In this document: positions 1 to 10,055 of the stretch, in pieces
Numbering within the stretch: position 1 is the first letter of the stretch
Layout of the letters: every line of letters starts with the position of its first letter
Source: Bacteriovoracia bacterium
GTDB taxonomy: Bacteria; Bdellovibrionota; Bacteriovoracia; Bacteriovoracales; Bacteriovoracaceae
Assembly (NCBI GenBank): GCA_046570105.1
Contig: JBKHVI010000002.1
Location: forward strand, 10,638 to 74,637
Length of the DNA: 64,000 nt
Reading direction: 5' to 3'
Notes under the pieces: generated by a model
Seen by the model: only the letters and a program-made list of their open reading frames with translations
What the model was told of the DNA's origin: nothing
Databases searched by the model: none
Made by a program: the position numbers and the translations under genes

Positions 1-14
1 ATGGTGACAAGGGC

Positions 15-1247
15 ATGGTTCGCTACCATTTAAAATCATCTATGCCTTGGGCCCACGACGCCGTAGAGAGACAACTATTTAAACTTTATAAATCCAGCGC
101 CGGTGCCCATTTTGCTGCCGCTTATGGAGCTGTCTTTGGTTTTCTCATGATGTCTATCTCCCATGGTTTTGCTTCAGAAAAAGAGCTCTGGCGCGAGATT
201 ATGGATCTGGAAGAATTCGGATTGCGACTAGATCGCTCGATGAAAAGTGGTGAACTGACACGTGAGCAATGGCGTGAAGCTGCCGCTTTGTTAGGAGATG
301 GTTACAGTGACACTATCGCCCGTTTTGAAAAAGCGACGGGTGGTGATTATTGGAAACTCGTCGCAGCTGATATGGCCTTGTGGGCGAGCGGTGGAATTAT
401 CGTTAAAGGTATAATGAAAGTCGCCAAATTTGTCGGTCGACCTATTTCAACAACCTCTGTGGGCCAGTCGACAATTCGCGCCGTCAAAAAATTAATGGGT
501 GGAATAACTGATAGAGCGCGCGCAGAGATGACTCGTTTTCGTCTCGCTGCAGGTGTGCCATTTAATGCTCTTGCTGCTGGGATGTTTAAGCAAAATTTCC
601 CACGTACCATGCGTGCATTGATGGCAAAGAATTTATTTATGCGCAAAATGGTTCCTATGGTGGTTCGTCCGGCCTTAGCCCTAAAAAAAGCAGCACGGGA
701 ATGGAAGTATATTGCTTTCATGGCAGGCATCCAGATCACGACTGAGTCTTTTGCTCACTCCAGTGAAGTGATGAGTTCAAGTCCCACTCAATTTGCCAAA
801 AACGTTTTAACTCATCCAGAGATCATGCAAAATGTGACCTACATGACAACGGATGCCTATCTAATGACGGCGGCAAGCTTGGCGATTCGACCCAAAGGCA
901 TTCGGTACGCCACTTGTGGTTTTATTGCTCTAGGTAACTCCGGTATTACCAATTTTGTGATCAAAGGTGAGACTGATTACAAACGTGTCGCCCTTGATAC
1001 TGGCTGGGAGGCCATCATTGGCAATGCGCAAGTTCAAATGGATCTCAAGGCCCTTTCTCATTTTGAAATGGCGGCGCAAAAAGCTAAAAACCCAAAACTG
1101 AAACTCTTAGGTTGGGCGATCGTCTTAGTTGATCAAACGGCAGGTTTTCTTGGTTACTCTTATGCCACTCGAGCGATACAACCAGATGAAGCGGAGAAAA
1201 ATAAAACTCCCGACATCCAACTTGTTCCCGTGTTAGCTGAACATTAA
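15..1247 (+). CDS. Hypothetical membrane-associated protein, probably 5'-truncated by the window edge
   Basis: 410-aa ORF with hydrophobic segments. The frame is also open upstream of the ATG to the window start. No recognisable motif. Confidence 0.6.
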   Translation: MVRYHLKSSMPWAHDAVERQLFKLYKSSAGAHFAAAYGAVFGFLMMSISHGFASEKELWREIMDLEEFGLRLDRSMKSGELTREQWREAAALLGDGYSDTIARFEKATGGDYWKLVAADMALWASGGIIVKGIMKVAKFVGRPISTTSVGQSTIRAVKKLMGGITDRARAEMTRFRLAAGVPFNALAAGMFKQNFPRTMRALMAKNLFMRKMVPMVVRPALALKKAAREWKYIAFMAGIQITTESFAHSSEVMSSSPTQFAKNVLTHPEIMQNVTYMTTDAYLMTAASLAIRPKGIRYATCGFIALGNSGITNFVIKGETDYKRVALDTGWEAIIGNAQVQMDLKALSHFEMAAQKAKNPKLKLLGWAIVLVDQTAGFLGYSYATRAIQPDEAEKNKTPDIQLVPVLAEH

Positions 1248-2131
1248 ACCCAATTCTGCGGACGATAATAGTTCAGCATCTTCTCATGTGCTGAGCCCTT
1301 GGCCGGAGCATATTGGTAAGTGAACTTACAGCGTGCTGGGAGCGAAATTAAAATTGAGTCCACTCGTCCATTTGTTTTCAGCCCAAACAATGTGCCGCGG
1401 TCGTGCAGCAGATTAAACTCCACATAGCGGCCACGACGATGCAGTTGAAACTCTTCATCCTCTGGTGTGAAAGCTTCGAGTTGTCGCTTCACTACAAGCG
1501 GAAAATAACTTTCAATAAAATGTTCTGAAAGATCTTTGACCATCGAAAAGTCGGTTTCTAAGTGGCCGGTATTGTATCCATCAAAGAAAAGTCCACCGAT
1601 ACCGCGCATCTCACCACCACGATGAGCATTTACAAAATACTCGTCACACTCTTTTTTCATCCACGAGTAATTCTCACCACTGGCCTTTTTCCAGACGCCA
1701 TGGAAGTAACGAAAATCCTCTTCATGGGGATAGAACGGTGTGAGATCGGCGCCGCCGCCAAACCAAGTCTTTTGGCCTTGCTGAATCATGCGAAAATTTG
1801 CATGAACGGTAGGTACACGTGGATTTGTCGGATGAATAATTAAGGAAATACCCGCGGCCCACATGGTGTCACCATCGCCGGGAAGCTTAGCTGCAAAATT
1901 GGGGTCAATTTTCCCAAAGACACAGGACGTATTCACCCCGGCATTTTCAAAGAGCTGACCTTGGAAAGCGCGTGTTCGGCCACCACCGCCCGGGGCACCG
2001 GCATGATCTACTCGCTCCCACTGATCTTCATTAATTTTCAGAGTGGGATCAAGCGTCAACATTTGTTGAGTAATCTTATCCTGCAACTGACGGACGTGGT
2101 TATGAAAAACTTCTTTCAATGATTCACTCAT
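1244..2131 (-). CDS. hemF: Oxygen-dependent coproporphyrinogen III oxidase
   Basis: Motifs HPTNPRVPTVHANFR, WFGGGADLTP, RGIGGLFFD, RRGRYVEFNLLHDRGT. ATG at 2131 follows a GGAGA SD. Confidence 0.95.
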   Translation of the reverse strand: MSESLKEVFHNHVRQLQDKITQQMLTLDPTLKINEDQWERVDHAGAPGGGGRTRAFQGQLFENAGVNTSCVFGKIDPNFAAKLPGDGDTMWAAGISLIIHPTNPRVPTVHANFRMIQQGQKTWFGGGADLTPFYPHEEDFRYFHGVWKKASGENYSWMKKECDEYFVNAHRGGEMRGIGGLFFDGYNTGHLETDFSMVKDLSEHFIESYFPLVVKRQLEAFTPEDEEFQLHRRGRYVEFNLLHDRGTLFGLKTNGRVDSILISLPARCKFTYQYAPAKGSAHEKMLNYYRPQNWV

Positions 2132-2211
2132 AATTTTCTCCAAAGACGTGCATGAATCAAAAATTACCCTAAAATAGAGAGAACGTTAAATGATTTAGGA
2201 CAGGACAAAAC

Positions 2212-4449
2212 ATGAGTTTTCTCAAACGCATCGGCAGCTTCTTTTCAAGATGGGGTGATCTCTCCGGCCCTATTCTGATCTTTTTGGCCTGTGCCGGACT
2301 GATGATTCTCGCTGGTTTGAGTCGTACTCTTGGTGAGCAAGGCCAGTTGGGAAAAATCATAACTTTCCCACAATTCTTTGAAAATAAATTCTATGACCTA
2401 CGTATTTCTTCGCAGTTAAGTGAGAAATGGGTTGATCCCGATATCACCATCGTGACAATTGATGACAAAACTCTCTCCAAGATTGGCACCTGGCCGATAC
2501 CGCGAAAAAATCATGCCCTCCTAATGCGCCGACTTCAACATTTTGGCGCCAAAGTAGTCGCTCTTGATATTCTGTTTCCTGAAAATTCTCAGGATCTCGC
2601 CCAAGATGATGACTTCGCTCTCTCCATCAAGGAGTTTCGCGACAATGGGGGTGAAGTTGTTTTGGGTTACTCGCTCACAAATCTTGATCCTGAACATGTC
2701 TCCGCTGAAGATGGCGGAGATGCTCTCGAGAAAACTCCAGACTTTGTTTACTTGCAATCTGGCAATGCTCAGCTCAATCAACCCACCAAACCTTTTTGGG
2801 TGTCACGCTACACCTTCCCGATTAAAAGTCTCGCCGACACTGAAGCACTCATGGGCCATATTGGTAATAGCGAAGACTTCGATGGTGTCTTCCGACACTA
2901 TCGCATTATTGCTAACTTGATTGATGAGCAACGTGAGTCAGTCTATGTCGCTTCCATGGGGCTCGCCAGTGCGGAAGCTTTCTCAGGCGAGAAGGCGAAA
3001 GTTTTTACCAGCTCAACTGGCCAAGCGTTGATTAGTTTTAAAGGTAAAGATATTCCGCTGGATGAGTTAGGTGAAATTAAAGTGCGCTACTCCGCCCGTC
3101 GTGAAAACTATCCGGAAATTAGTTATTACGATGTCATCACGGCGCCAGATGATAGTCCAAAGGCAAAAAAACTTTTAAATGGTCGCATGATTATGGTGGG
3201 CTCAGTCGCTGAGGGTGCCCACGATCTTCGAAACTCGCCCATCGATCCTAAAATGGCGGGGATGTACGCTCATACCAATGTGACTCACATGCTTTTACAT
3301 GGCTTCACTTATGAATCCTCAGAATTCTCTCTCAGAATTTCTATTTTGATGATGTTCTTAGGTTTCATTGTGCTCGTGGTGCTGCAGCGTCGTGGCAATG
3401 CCCTGCTTGATATCGGCACTCTTATTCTGGTTTCCACTTCTGTGATTATGCTTGATAGTCGAGTGTTTCTTCCCAAGGGTTATGAGCTACGACTCTTTTA
3501 TTGTTTGTTGTGTTTTTTCAGCACTTATTCTTGGAGTACTTTTGTTAACTTCTGGCGAGCGGCCAAAGAGAAGAAACAAATCAAAGGCACCTTTGCTCGC
3601 TACGTCTCGCCAGCGATTGTGAATGAGATGTTGAATAATCCAGAGAAGCTCAAAGTCGGTGGTGAGAAGCGCGATATCACTTGTCTCTTTTCAGACGTGC
3701 GAGACTTCACCAGTATCTCTGAAAAATTAACCGCGACAGAACTCTCCGGTGCTCTTAACCAGTACATGGGCACCATGACGGACTTGGTGTTTGAAACCAA
3801 AGGCACACTCGATAAATATATTGGTGACGCCATTGTCGCCTTCTGGGGAGCACCACTTGATCTGCCTGATCATCCCACTTATGCCGTTGAAGGTGCCGTG
3901 AAAATGATGGAAGCTCTTCCTGCCATTAATGAAGATTTCAAGTCCCGTGGCCTTCCGGAATTTAAAGTCGGAATTGGCCTTAACTCCGGTGAATGTTCAG
4001 TCGGTAACATGGGTTCAAATAAAATTTTCTCCTACACTGCACTGGGAGATAATATGAACCTCGGTGCTCGACTTGAGGGCCTGTGTAAATACTATGGCGC
4101 CCATATTCTAATTTCTGAATACACCCACGCGCGCTTGCCGCCTGGACGCTTTAACTCACGGCCTTTGGATAAAGTAAAAGTGAAAGGTAAAACCACTCCA
4201 GTGCAAATCTTTGAAGTCATCCATGGAGTCCATCCCCTCGCCAAAGACACGGAAGCTTTTAGTTTTTATAATGAGGCCTATAGCGCCTTTTCTCAGAAGG
4301 ATTTTGCCAAGTCTCGCACACTCTTAGAGGGAATTTTGTTGGCACATCCTGACGATAAACCCACCGCACGTCTCTTGAAATTATCCGAGAAGTGGCTCAA
4401 CGAACCAGTGCCAGAAGATTTTGATGTGACGACCATGACTGAAAAATGA
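2212..4449 (+). CDS. CHASE2-domain class III adenylate/guanylate cyclase
   Basis: CHASE2-like N-terminus (IVTIDDKTL..GTWPIPR), three TM helices, cyclase motifs FSDVRDFT, DKYIGDAI, GDNMNLGARLEG, VKVKGK. Confidence 0.92.
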   Translation: MSFLKRIGSFFSRWGDLSGPILIFLACAGLMILAGLSRTLGEQGQLGKIITFPQFFENKFYDLRISSQLSEKWVDPDITIVTIDDKTLSKIGTWPIPRKNHALLMRRLQHFGAKVVALDILFPENSQDLAQDDDFALSIKEFRDNGGEVVLGYSLTNLDPEHVSAEDGGDALEKTPDFVYLQSGNAQLNQPTKPFWVSRYTFPIKSLADTEALMGHIGNSEDFDGVFRHYRIIANLIDEQRESVYVASMGLASAEAFSGEKAKVFTSSTGQALISFKGKDIPLDELGEIKVRYSARRENYPEISYYDVITAPDDSPKAKKLLNGRMIMVGSVAEGAHDLRNSPIDPKMAGMYAHTNVTHMLLHGFTYESSEFSLRISILMMFLGFIVLVVLQRRGNALLDIGTLILVSTSVIMLDSRVFLPKGYELRLFYCLLCFFSTYSWSTFVNFWRAAKEKKQIKGTFARYVSPAIVNEMLNNPEKLKVGGEKRDITCLFSDVRDFTSISEKLTATELSGALNQYMGTMTDLVFETKGTLDKYIGDAIVAFWGAPLDLPDHPTYAVEGAVKMMEALPAINEDFKSRGLPEFKVGIGLNSGECSVGNMGSNKIFSYTALGDNMNLGARLEGLCKYYGAHILISEYTHARLPPGRFNSRPLDKVKVKGKTTPVQIFEVIHGVHPLAKDTEAFSFYNEAYSAFSQKDFAKSRTLLEGILLAHPDDKPTARLLKLSEKWLNEPVPEDFDVTTMTEK

Positions 4450-5973
4450 TCAGTTGGTGTTTTGTTTGAGATCCTCGGCAAAGCAATAATGATTCCACAC
4501 TGTGCGCTTATGCAGTGGTGAGTGCTGATAATCAAGGCCTATCACATGATGATAGACATTGATGCTGAGTTTGCGCAGCCTTGGACGACGACCACCGTCT
4601 TTCTCATGACGATTCCACATACGACACCAGGCACCAGCATAGTGCTTGGCGATTTTATCATTGTCCGACATATTCATAAAAAATTTGCGCCAGTGCTCAT
4701 CTCGCACACTACGAGGGAATGAGTGCTGTTTAGAGCTTAAAATATCTCTCTCTCCAGTAATCAATTCAATCGTGGCACCATTTTCTAGTTCGGCGGGAAT
4801 CTCCATCCAAAGATTTTCTTGCTTGGGAAACGGCGCGAACATATTCCACTCTTGGTAAATATGCAGCCAGCGGCCCACTCCGATCCAGAAATCACTGGTG
4901 TATTTGAGCGGCGGTTTCAGGGTCGAGAGATTCCAACAGAAAATGGCAGCAAAGATAAAAGCACCACCGAACTGAGAGAGGAGAGCGATCTTTTTGCCAG
5001 GAGCAACTTGGCCCTGCACCTGAGGAATACCTGCAAAAAAGGCCATGAAGGCGCGAAGCTTGGCCTCAATTTGAGGAAAGCGCAGAAGAAACTTATCCCA
5101 CGCCTCACTGGGGATAAAGGCCGCCCACATTCCTAAGCAGTAAAAGGGAAAGAGCCCGATGCTCATAGTGAGAATAATTCCAATGTGCAGTCCCCAAAAA
5201 CTCAAGACCGTGGCGAGACGTAACCCACACCATACTCTTCGTGGGATCAGCCAACCAAAGGCCAGACACAAGGGACCCAGCCACTCGAGCATGATGGTGC
5301 CAAAGGTGGCGAACTTCAAGAAGGTCGGAAATTGTCGAATGTATCTGCCGATATCAGTTGAGAAAATATCTAAGTGACTGGAGTAATAAATAGCTGTGAA
5401 ATCTTGGCGCCAGATGGGTGATGTTTTTAAAATGTAGCTCACGAAATAAATCACGAAGGCCTGCAAAAACCAGGTCAGCACCCAGGTGCCAGCGACTTTT
5501 CGTGGGGCCCGCTCGCCATGGCCTTGGCGCCATTGATCGATCGACCACATCTCACCCCAGGGAATAAAAACAGCAATAAACATCAGGGCACGAATGACAT
5601 CATCACCACCGTTATTCACATACCAGTTACGATTGTGCAGAGAGATAGTGAGAAAAGCGGTTAATAGAGTCGTCAGTCGCGTGCGCCAGCCAAGCGCCAT
5701 GGCGAGTGCACTCAAGGCGTGAAGTCCCAGGATAAAAACGGCAAAGCCCCATGAGCCACTCATCAGATGAATCGAATAACTCCAGGGGTAAACGAAGGTA
5801 GAAATAAAAACATCGCGAGGCATTGCTCCAATATCACTGTAATGCCATTCGGCAGATCCCATTCGCCAAAGCATATCGACAAAAATGGCAAGCCCTAGGG
5901 CCATCCTTGTCATGGCAAGAGAGCGAGTGTCTAAGGAGAACCAATCGGTGAGGCGTTGTATGAGTTTTTGCAT
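4450..5973 (-). CDS. HTTM-domain membrane protein
   Basis: DTRSLAMTR, ISLHNRN..VNNGGD, WSID, QEWNMFAP motifs and many TM helices. Start at 5973 is supported by a TACAAT box 7 nt upstream. Confidence 0.8.
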   Translation of the reverse strand: MQKLIQRLTDWFSLDTRSLAMTRMALGLAIFVDMLWRMGSAEWHYSDIGAMPRDVFISTFVYPWSYSIHLMSGSWGFAVFILGLHALSALAMALGWRTRLTTLLTAFLTISLHNRNWYVNNGGDDVIRALMFIAVFIPWGEMWSIDQWRQGHGERAPRKVAGTWVLTWFLQAFVIYFVSYILKTSPIWRQDFTAIYYSSHLDIFSTDIGRYIRQFPTFLKFATFGTIMLEWLGPLCLAFGWLIPRRVWCGLRLATVLSFWGLHIGIILTMSIGLFPFYCLGMWAAFIPSEAWDKFLLRFPQIEAKLRAFMAFFAGIPQVQGQVAPGKKIALLSQFGGAFIFAAIFCWNLSTLKPPLKYTSDFWIGVGRWLHIYQEWNMFAPFPKQENLWMEIPAELENGATIELITGERDILSSKQHSFPRSVRDEHWRKFFMNMSDNDKIAKHYAGAWCRMWNRHEKDGGRRPRLRKLSINVYHHVIGLDYQHSPLHKRTVWNHYCFAEDLKQNTN

Positions 5974-6064
5974 ATGTTCTATTGTAAATGAAACCATGAC
6001 TTTTTTAAGTCTTTAGTCTAGCCTTCCGCTACTGATTCTCATCAATTTATTGCGGAGCAACACC

Positions 6065-7495
6065 ATGCTCTTTAGAGTGCATGAAGATATAACCTCTGAT
6101 TACGATGTTACGGTCATAGGGGCAGGCCTGGCGGGCATGACGGCGGCCAATATTTTGGGCCGCTTGGGCCTTAAAGTTCTTTTGCTCGAGGCCCACAACA
6201 AACTCGGCGGCTTTGCCACCTGGTTCTACCGTGATTCACGGCAACATGTTTTTGATATTAGTCTCCACGGCTTTCCTGCTGGCATGATCAAAACCTGTCG
6301 CAAGTACTGGTCCAAAGAAATTGCCGATAGCATCGTCCAACTCAAAGATGTGCGCTTTCATAATCCGCAATTCTCAGTGCAAACCGAATTCACGAAAGAA
6401 GACTTTACTCAAAAACTCGTTGAACATTTTGGGCTCTCCCTTGAAACCGTTAATGCATTTTTCGCTCATTTGGCACAGATGAATTTCTATGATCAAAACC
6501 AAATGACCAACGGTGAGTTGTTCGAAAAATTTTTCCCAGGTCGTAACGACGTCACTCGCTTTTTGATGGAGCCGATCACTTACGCCAATGGCTCCACGCT
6601 TGATGATCCTGCTATTACTTACGGCATCGTCTTTTCCAATTTCATGTCGAAGGGTGTTTATACATTTAAAGGCGGCACTGACGTCTTGATTGCTAAGATG
6701 AAAGATGAGTTATTGAAAAATAACGTCGACATAAAACTTCAGGCCAAAGTTGAGAAGATCGTCATTGAGAATGGCAAAGTTTCCGGCATTATTCACCGTG
6801 GGAAAAAAGTTAAGTCCCGTTCGGTCCTCTCTAACGGCAATATTCTCTCAACCGTTATGAATATGGTTGGCCCTGAATACTTCAGTGAAAGTTTTGTAGA
6901 AAAAACTAAAGCGGTAAGACTCAATACCTCGAGCTGCCAAGTTTATATGGGCTTTAAAAAAGGCACTGTATTACCTGCGATGGGTGATTTGGTATTCACT
7001 AGTCTCTACCCGACTTATGAGCCTGAACGTCTCGTCGATCTCAAAGTCTCTTCTCGTACATTCTCAGTTTATTATCCTCATGAAACGCGCCCGCAAGACC
7101 CCGAGGCGCGCCCAGCGATCGTGTCTTCCACCAACTGCCGTTATGAGCATTGGAAAAACTTATCACCTGAAGAGTATAAAAAAGAAAAAGCTTTTATGAT
7201 CGAAGAAACGCTTAAAGGTCTGGAGGTGTATTATCCCGATCTGCGTGATAATCTCGAAACTGTGGAAGCTGCCACACCACTCACAGTTGAGCGCTACACC
7301 CTTCATCGCCAAGGCAGCTCTTTTGGAACAAAGTTTGAAGGCCTTGATGTCAGTATGAATCTACACAAAGAATTACCCGGTCTCTTTCACGCCGGCTCAG
7401 TCGGCATCATTATGTCAGGCTGGTTAGGCGCAGCTAACTATGGTGTGATTCAGGCCAACGAAGTCGCTTCATATCTCGCAAAGGAATCGCTATGA
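6065..7495 (+). CDS. Phytoene desaturase (CrtI)-family FAD-dependent oxidoreductase A
   Basis: Rossmann motif VIGAGLAG..LLEAHNKLGG and C-terminal ATPLTVERYT..GSSFG. SD GGAG before ATG 6065. Confidence 0.85.
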   Translation: MLFRVHEDITSDYDVTVIGAGLAGMTAANILGRLGLKVLLLEAHNKLGGFATWFYRDSRQHVFDISLHGFPAGMIKTCRKYWSKEIADSIVQLKDVRFHNPQFSVQTEFTKEDFTQKLVEHFGLSLETVNAFFAHLAQMNFYDQNQMTNGELFEKFFPGRNDVTRFLMEPITYANGSTLDDPAITYGIVFSNFMSKGVYTFKGGTDVLIAKMKDELLKNNVDIKLQAKVEKIVIENGKVSGIIHRGKKVKSRSVLSNGNILSTVMNMVGPEYFSESFVEKTKAVRLNTSSCQVYMGFKKGTVLPAMGDLVFTSLYPTYEPERLVDLKVSSRTFSVYYPHETRPQDPEARPAIVSSTNCRYEHWKNLSPEEYKKEKAFMIEETLKGLEVYYPDLRDNLETVEAATPLTVERYTLHRQGSSFGTKFEGLDVSMNLHKELPGLFHAGSVGIIMSGWLGAANYGVIQANEVASYLAKESL

Positions 7496-8229
7496 ATTTT
7501 ACAGGTCAGCACGTCATCGTTACTGGTGGGACTCGTGGTATCGGAGCTGGGATTGCCGAAGCTTTCTTAAAAGCGGGTGCTCACGTGGTTTCAACTTATA
7601 CTGGTAACACCGAAGCCGCCGAAAAATTCAAAGAGCGTTTAAAAGAATATGGCGATCGCATTTCTATCGCACGCTTTGATGTCGCGGATGAAAAAGCCAT
7701 TGAAACATTTTTTGCTGAGCTTAAATTTCCTTCGGTGGAAATTTTGGTGAATAACTCTGGTATCCGTCGTGACTCAATTATTGCCTCACTCAAAGAAGAA
7801 GATTGGGACCGCGTCATCGACACCAACCTTAAGGGCACATACCTCATGACCAAACATGCTGTGCTCGCCATGATGAAAAATCGCTATGGCCGCATCGTGA
7901 ATATGAGCTCTATCGGTGGCAAACTGGGTCTTCCTGGACAGGCGAATTACGCCGCCTCCAAGGCCGGCCAGATTGCTTTGTCGCTGGTGACAGCGAAAGA
8001 AGTCGCGAAACGCAACATCACCATCAATAACATCTGCCCTGGCTTCATCGAGACAGAACTGATTGCTGATCTGCCAGAGGAACAAGTCAAAGAATACAAG
8101 GCCCAAGTGCCGATGCGCCGTTTTGGCAAAGTCGAAGAAGTCGCTCATGCGGTGCTCTTCTTAGCTTCGAAAGAAGCGAGCTACATCACTGGTGCCACAC
8201 TTGATATCGCTGGAGGCCTCAATGGCTAA
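7492..8229 (+). CDS. fabG: 3-oxoacyl-ACP reductase
   Basis: TGGTRGIG, NNSGI, GQANYAASKAG, PGFIET. ATGA overlap with the upstream gene. Confidence 0.9.
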   Translation: MNFTGQHVIVTGGTRGIGAGIAEAFLKAGAHVVSTYTGNTEAAEKFKERLKEYGDRISIARFDVADEKAIETFFAELKFPSVEILVNNSGIRRDSIIASLKEEDWDRVIDTNLKGTYLMTKHAVLAMMKNRYGRIVNMSSIGGKLGLPGQANYAASKAGQIALSLVTAKEVAKRNITINNICPGFIETELIADLPEEQVKEYKAQVPMRRFGKVEEVAHAVLFLASKEASYITGATLDIAGGLNG

Positions 8230-8647
8230 TTTAGAAAAACTCCTCGCCCACATCCCTCAACGTCCGCCCTTCCTTTTACTCGATGGCATTGTCGATGAAA
8301 CAGAAGGCCGAGTGACGACCTTTAAACAGCTGACAGGAAATGAGGATTGGTTCAAAGGACACTTTCCTGGAAATCCCGTCATGCCGGGAGTGCTCATGTG
8401 TGAAGCGGTTTTCCAAACCGGTGCTTATTTGATGGCCCGACGAGGAGAATCCAGCGAGGCCGGCAAAACGGCGGTGGTGACTCGTATTCAAGGGGCCAAA
8501 TTTAAAAATATGGCAAAACCTGGTGATAAATTAATGATCACCGTGGACTTTATCGAAATGCTCGCCAATGCCGCTTTCATGAAAGGCAAAGTGGTGGTGG
8601 ATGATAAAACTATTATGACCATTGAATTTGCCGCAGCGATTGTTTGA
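8222..8647 (+). CDS. fabZ: 3-hydroxyacyl-ACP dehydratase (FabZ type)
   Basis: PQRPPFLLLD and HFPGNPVMPGVLMCE with the FabZ-type His/Glu pair. ATG 8222 overlaps the fabG end. Confidence 0.88.
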   Translation: MANLEKLLAHIPQRPPFLLLDGIVDETEGRVTTFKQLTGNEDWFKGHFPGNPVMPGVLMCEAVFQTGAYLMARRGESSEAGKTAVVTRIQGAKFKNMAKPGDKLMITVDFIEMLANAAFMKGKVVVDDKTIMTIEFAAAIV

Positions 8648-8653
8648 GGTTCT

Positions 8654-9448
8654 ATGAGTTTTTTAGCACTAGAGAATAAAACTTTTTTGATTGCCGGTGT
8701 CGCTAATAAAAAAAGCGTTGCCTACTTTTCGGCTAAAACTCTTATTGAGGAAGGGGCACGTTGCATCTTCTCAGTGCAAAAAGAAGAACAGATCACACAA
8801 GTGAATAAACTTTTCCCCGGTGCACCAGTAGTTATTTGTGATGTGAGTAGCGAGGAGCAACTGAATGCTCTCCCCCATGCCATCCATCAGCACGCCGATC
8901 ACATCGATGGAGTCTTGCACTCGCTGGCCTTTGCTAATTTTTCTGAAGGCCTCGTCGACTTTCACCACACCAAACGCCATGACTATCTGGAGGCCGCTCA
9001 GATCTCGTGTTTTTCATTAGTGGAAATGTGCCGGGTGCTCAATCCCATGTTCACCAGTAACGCTAGCGTGGTCACCATTTCGATTTCCAACACTCGGGCC
9101 ACCTCATATGGCTATTTGGGTCCGATTAAGGCCATGCTTGATGCCACTGTTCCCTATTTGGCCAAATCACTTTCTAAAGATTCTAAAATTCGTGTGAATG
9201 CTGTGGGTGCAGGACCTTTGAAGACATCGGCCTCGGCAGGTATTCCCAACTATATTGATAACTATCTTTTTGCTGAGGCCCTCACACTAAGAAAGACGGC
9301 GCTTGAAACTCAAGAAGTCGCCAATACCGTCGCCTTTTTACTTTCGCCACGATCTTCTGGGATCAATGCCACCACGGTTTTAGTGGACGCCGGCATGAGT
9401 TGTAATGGATTTGACCAAGAAGTGGTTAAGCGCTTCAATCGTGAATAA
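8654..9448 (+). CDS. fabI: Enoyl-ACP reductase (divergent FabI)
   Basis: GVANKKSVAY, HSLAFA, YGYLGPIK (YxxxxxxK), GPLKTSASAGI. Confidence 0.85.
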   Translation: MSFLALENKTFLIAGVANKKSVAYFSAKTLIEEGARCIFSVQKEEQITQVNKLFPGAPVVICDVSSEEQLNALPHAIHQHADHIDGVLHSLAFANFSEGLVDFHHTKRHDYLEAAQISCFSLVEMCRVLNPMFTSNASVVTISISNTRATSYGYLGPIKAMLDATVPYLAKSLSKDSKIRVNAVGAGPLKTSASAGIPNYIDNYLFAEALTLRKTALETQEVANTVAFLLSPRSSGINATTVLVDAGMSCNGFDQEVVKRFNRE

Positions 9449-10055
9449 AACATCTAAAAATTTCGAAGACTTAGACCTTAATCACTTCCGATTCGCAAGT
9501 GTGATTAGCCTGCCAGAAAACTATGAAGTCTACGACTTCACTAAAGGCTATGACCCCAAACGCTCGATGCTTTCTGAATACGGCATTGGCCGCTACAACG
9601 AAGTTCGCCAAGGCATGTACACCACCGAACTCTTTGCCGGAAACCGCAATATCCATATGGGCATCGACATCGCCGCTCCTGTTGGAACACCTATCACGAG
9701 TTTTTTCGAAGGTGAAATATTTATGTTCGCCTACAATGCTGCTGCCGGAGACTACGGACATACCCTAATCACCAAACATGTCCTTGATGGCTGCGAACTC
9801 TACGCGCTCTATGGCCACCTCAATGAGGCCTCAACAAAAAATAAAACCGTAGGCCAACAGATCTCAACGGGTGAAGTGATCGCATGGGTGGGTGATAAGC
9901 ATGAGAATGGCGGCTGGAATCCTCATTTGCATTTTCAATTATGTCTGGAAAAACCCATGGTGTGCGATATGCCTGGTGCCGTATCAAAGGATAATCTTGC
10001 CGCCGCTCTGAAAATCTATCCGGATCCTCAACGAGTCTTGGGTAAACTCTATTAA
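9441..10055 (+). CDS. M23-family metallo-endopeptidase
   Basis: HMGID (HxxxD), LYGHL, PHLHFQ. A GTG start overlaps the fabI stop. Confidence 0.85.
   Translation: MNKTSKNFEDLDLNHFRFASVISLPENYEVYDFTKGYDPKRSMLSEYGIGRYNEVRQGMYTTELFAGNRNIHMGIDIAAPVGTPITSFFEGEIFMFAYNAAAGDYGHTLITKHVLDGCELYALYGHLNEASTKNKTVGQQISTGEVIAWVGDKHENGGWNPHLHFQLCLEKPMVCDMPGAVSKDNLAAALKIYPDPQRVLGKLY

Noticed and set aside
6065..7495. Carotenoid biosynthesis cluster suggested by the CrtI-like genes
   Set aside because: No crtB, crtE or crtY in the window, and both paralogs are embedded among fab/ole genes.
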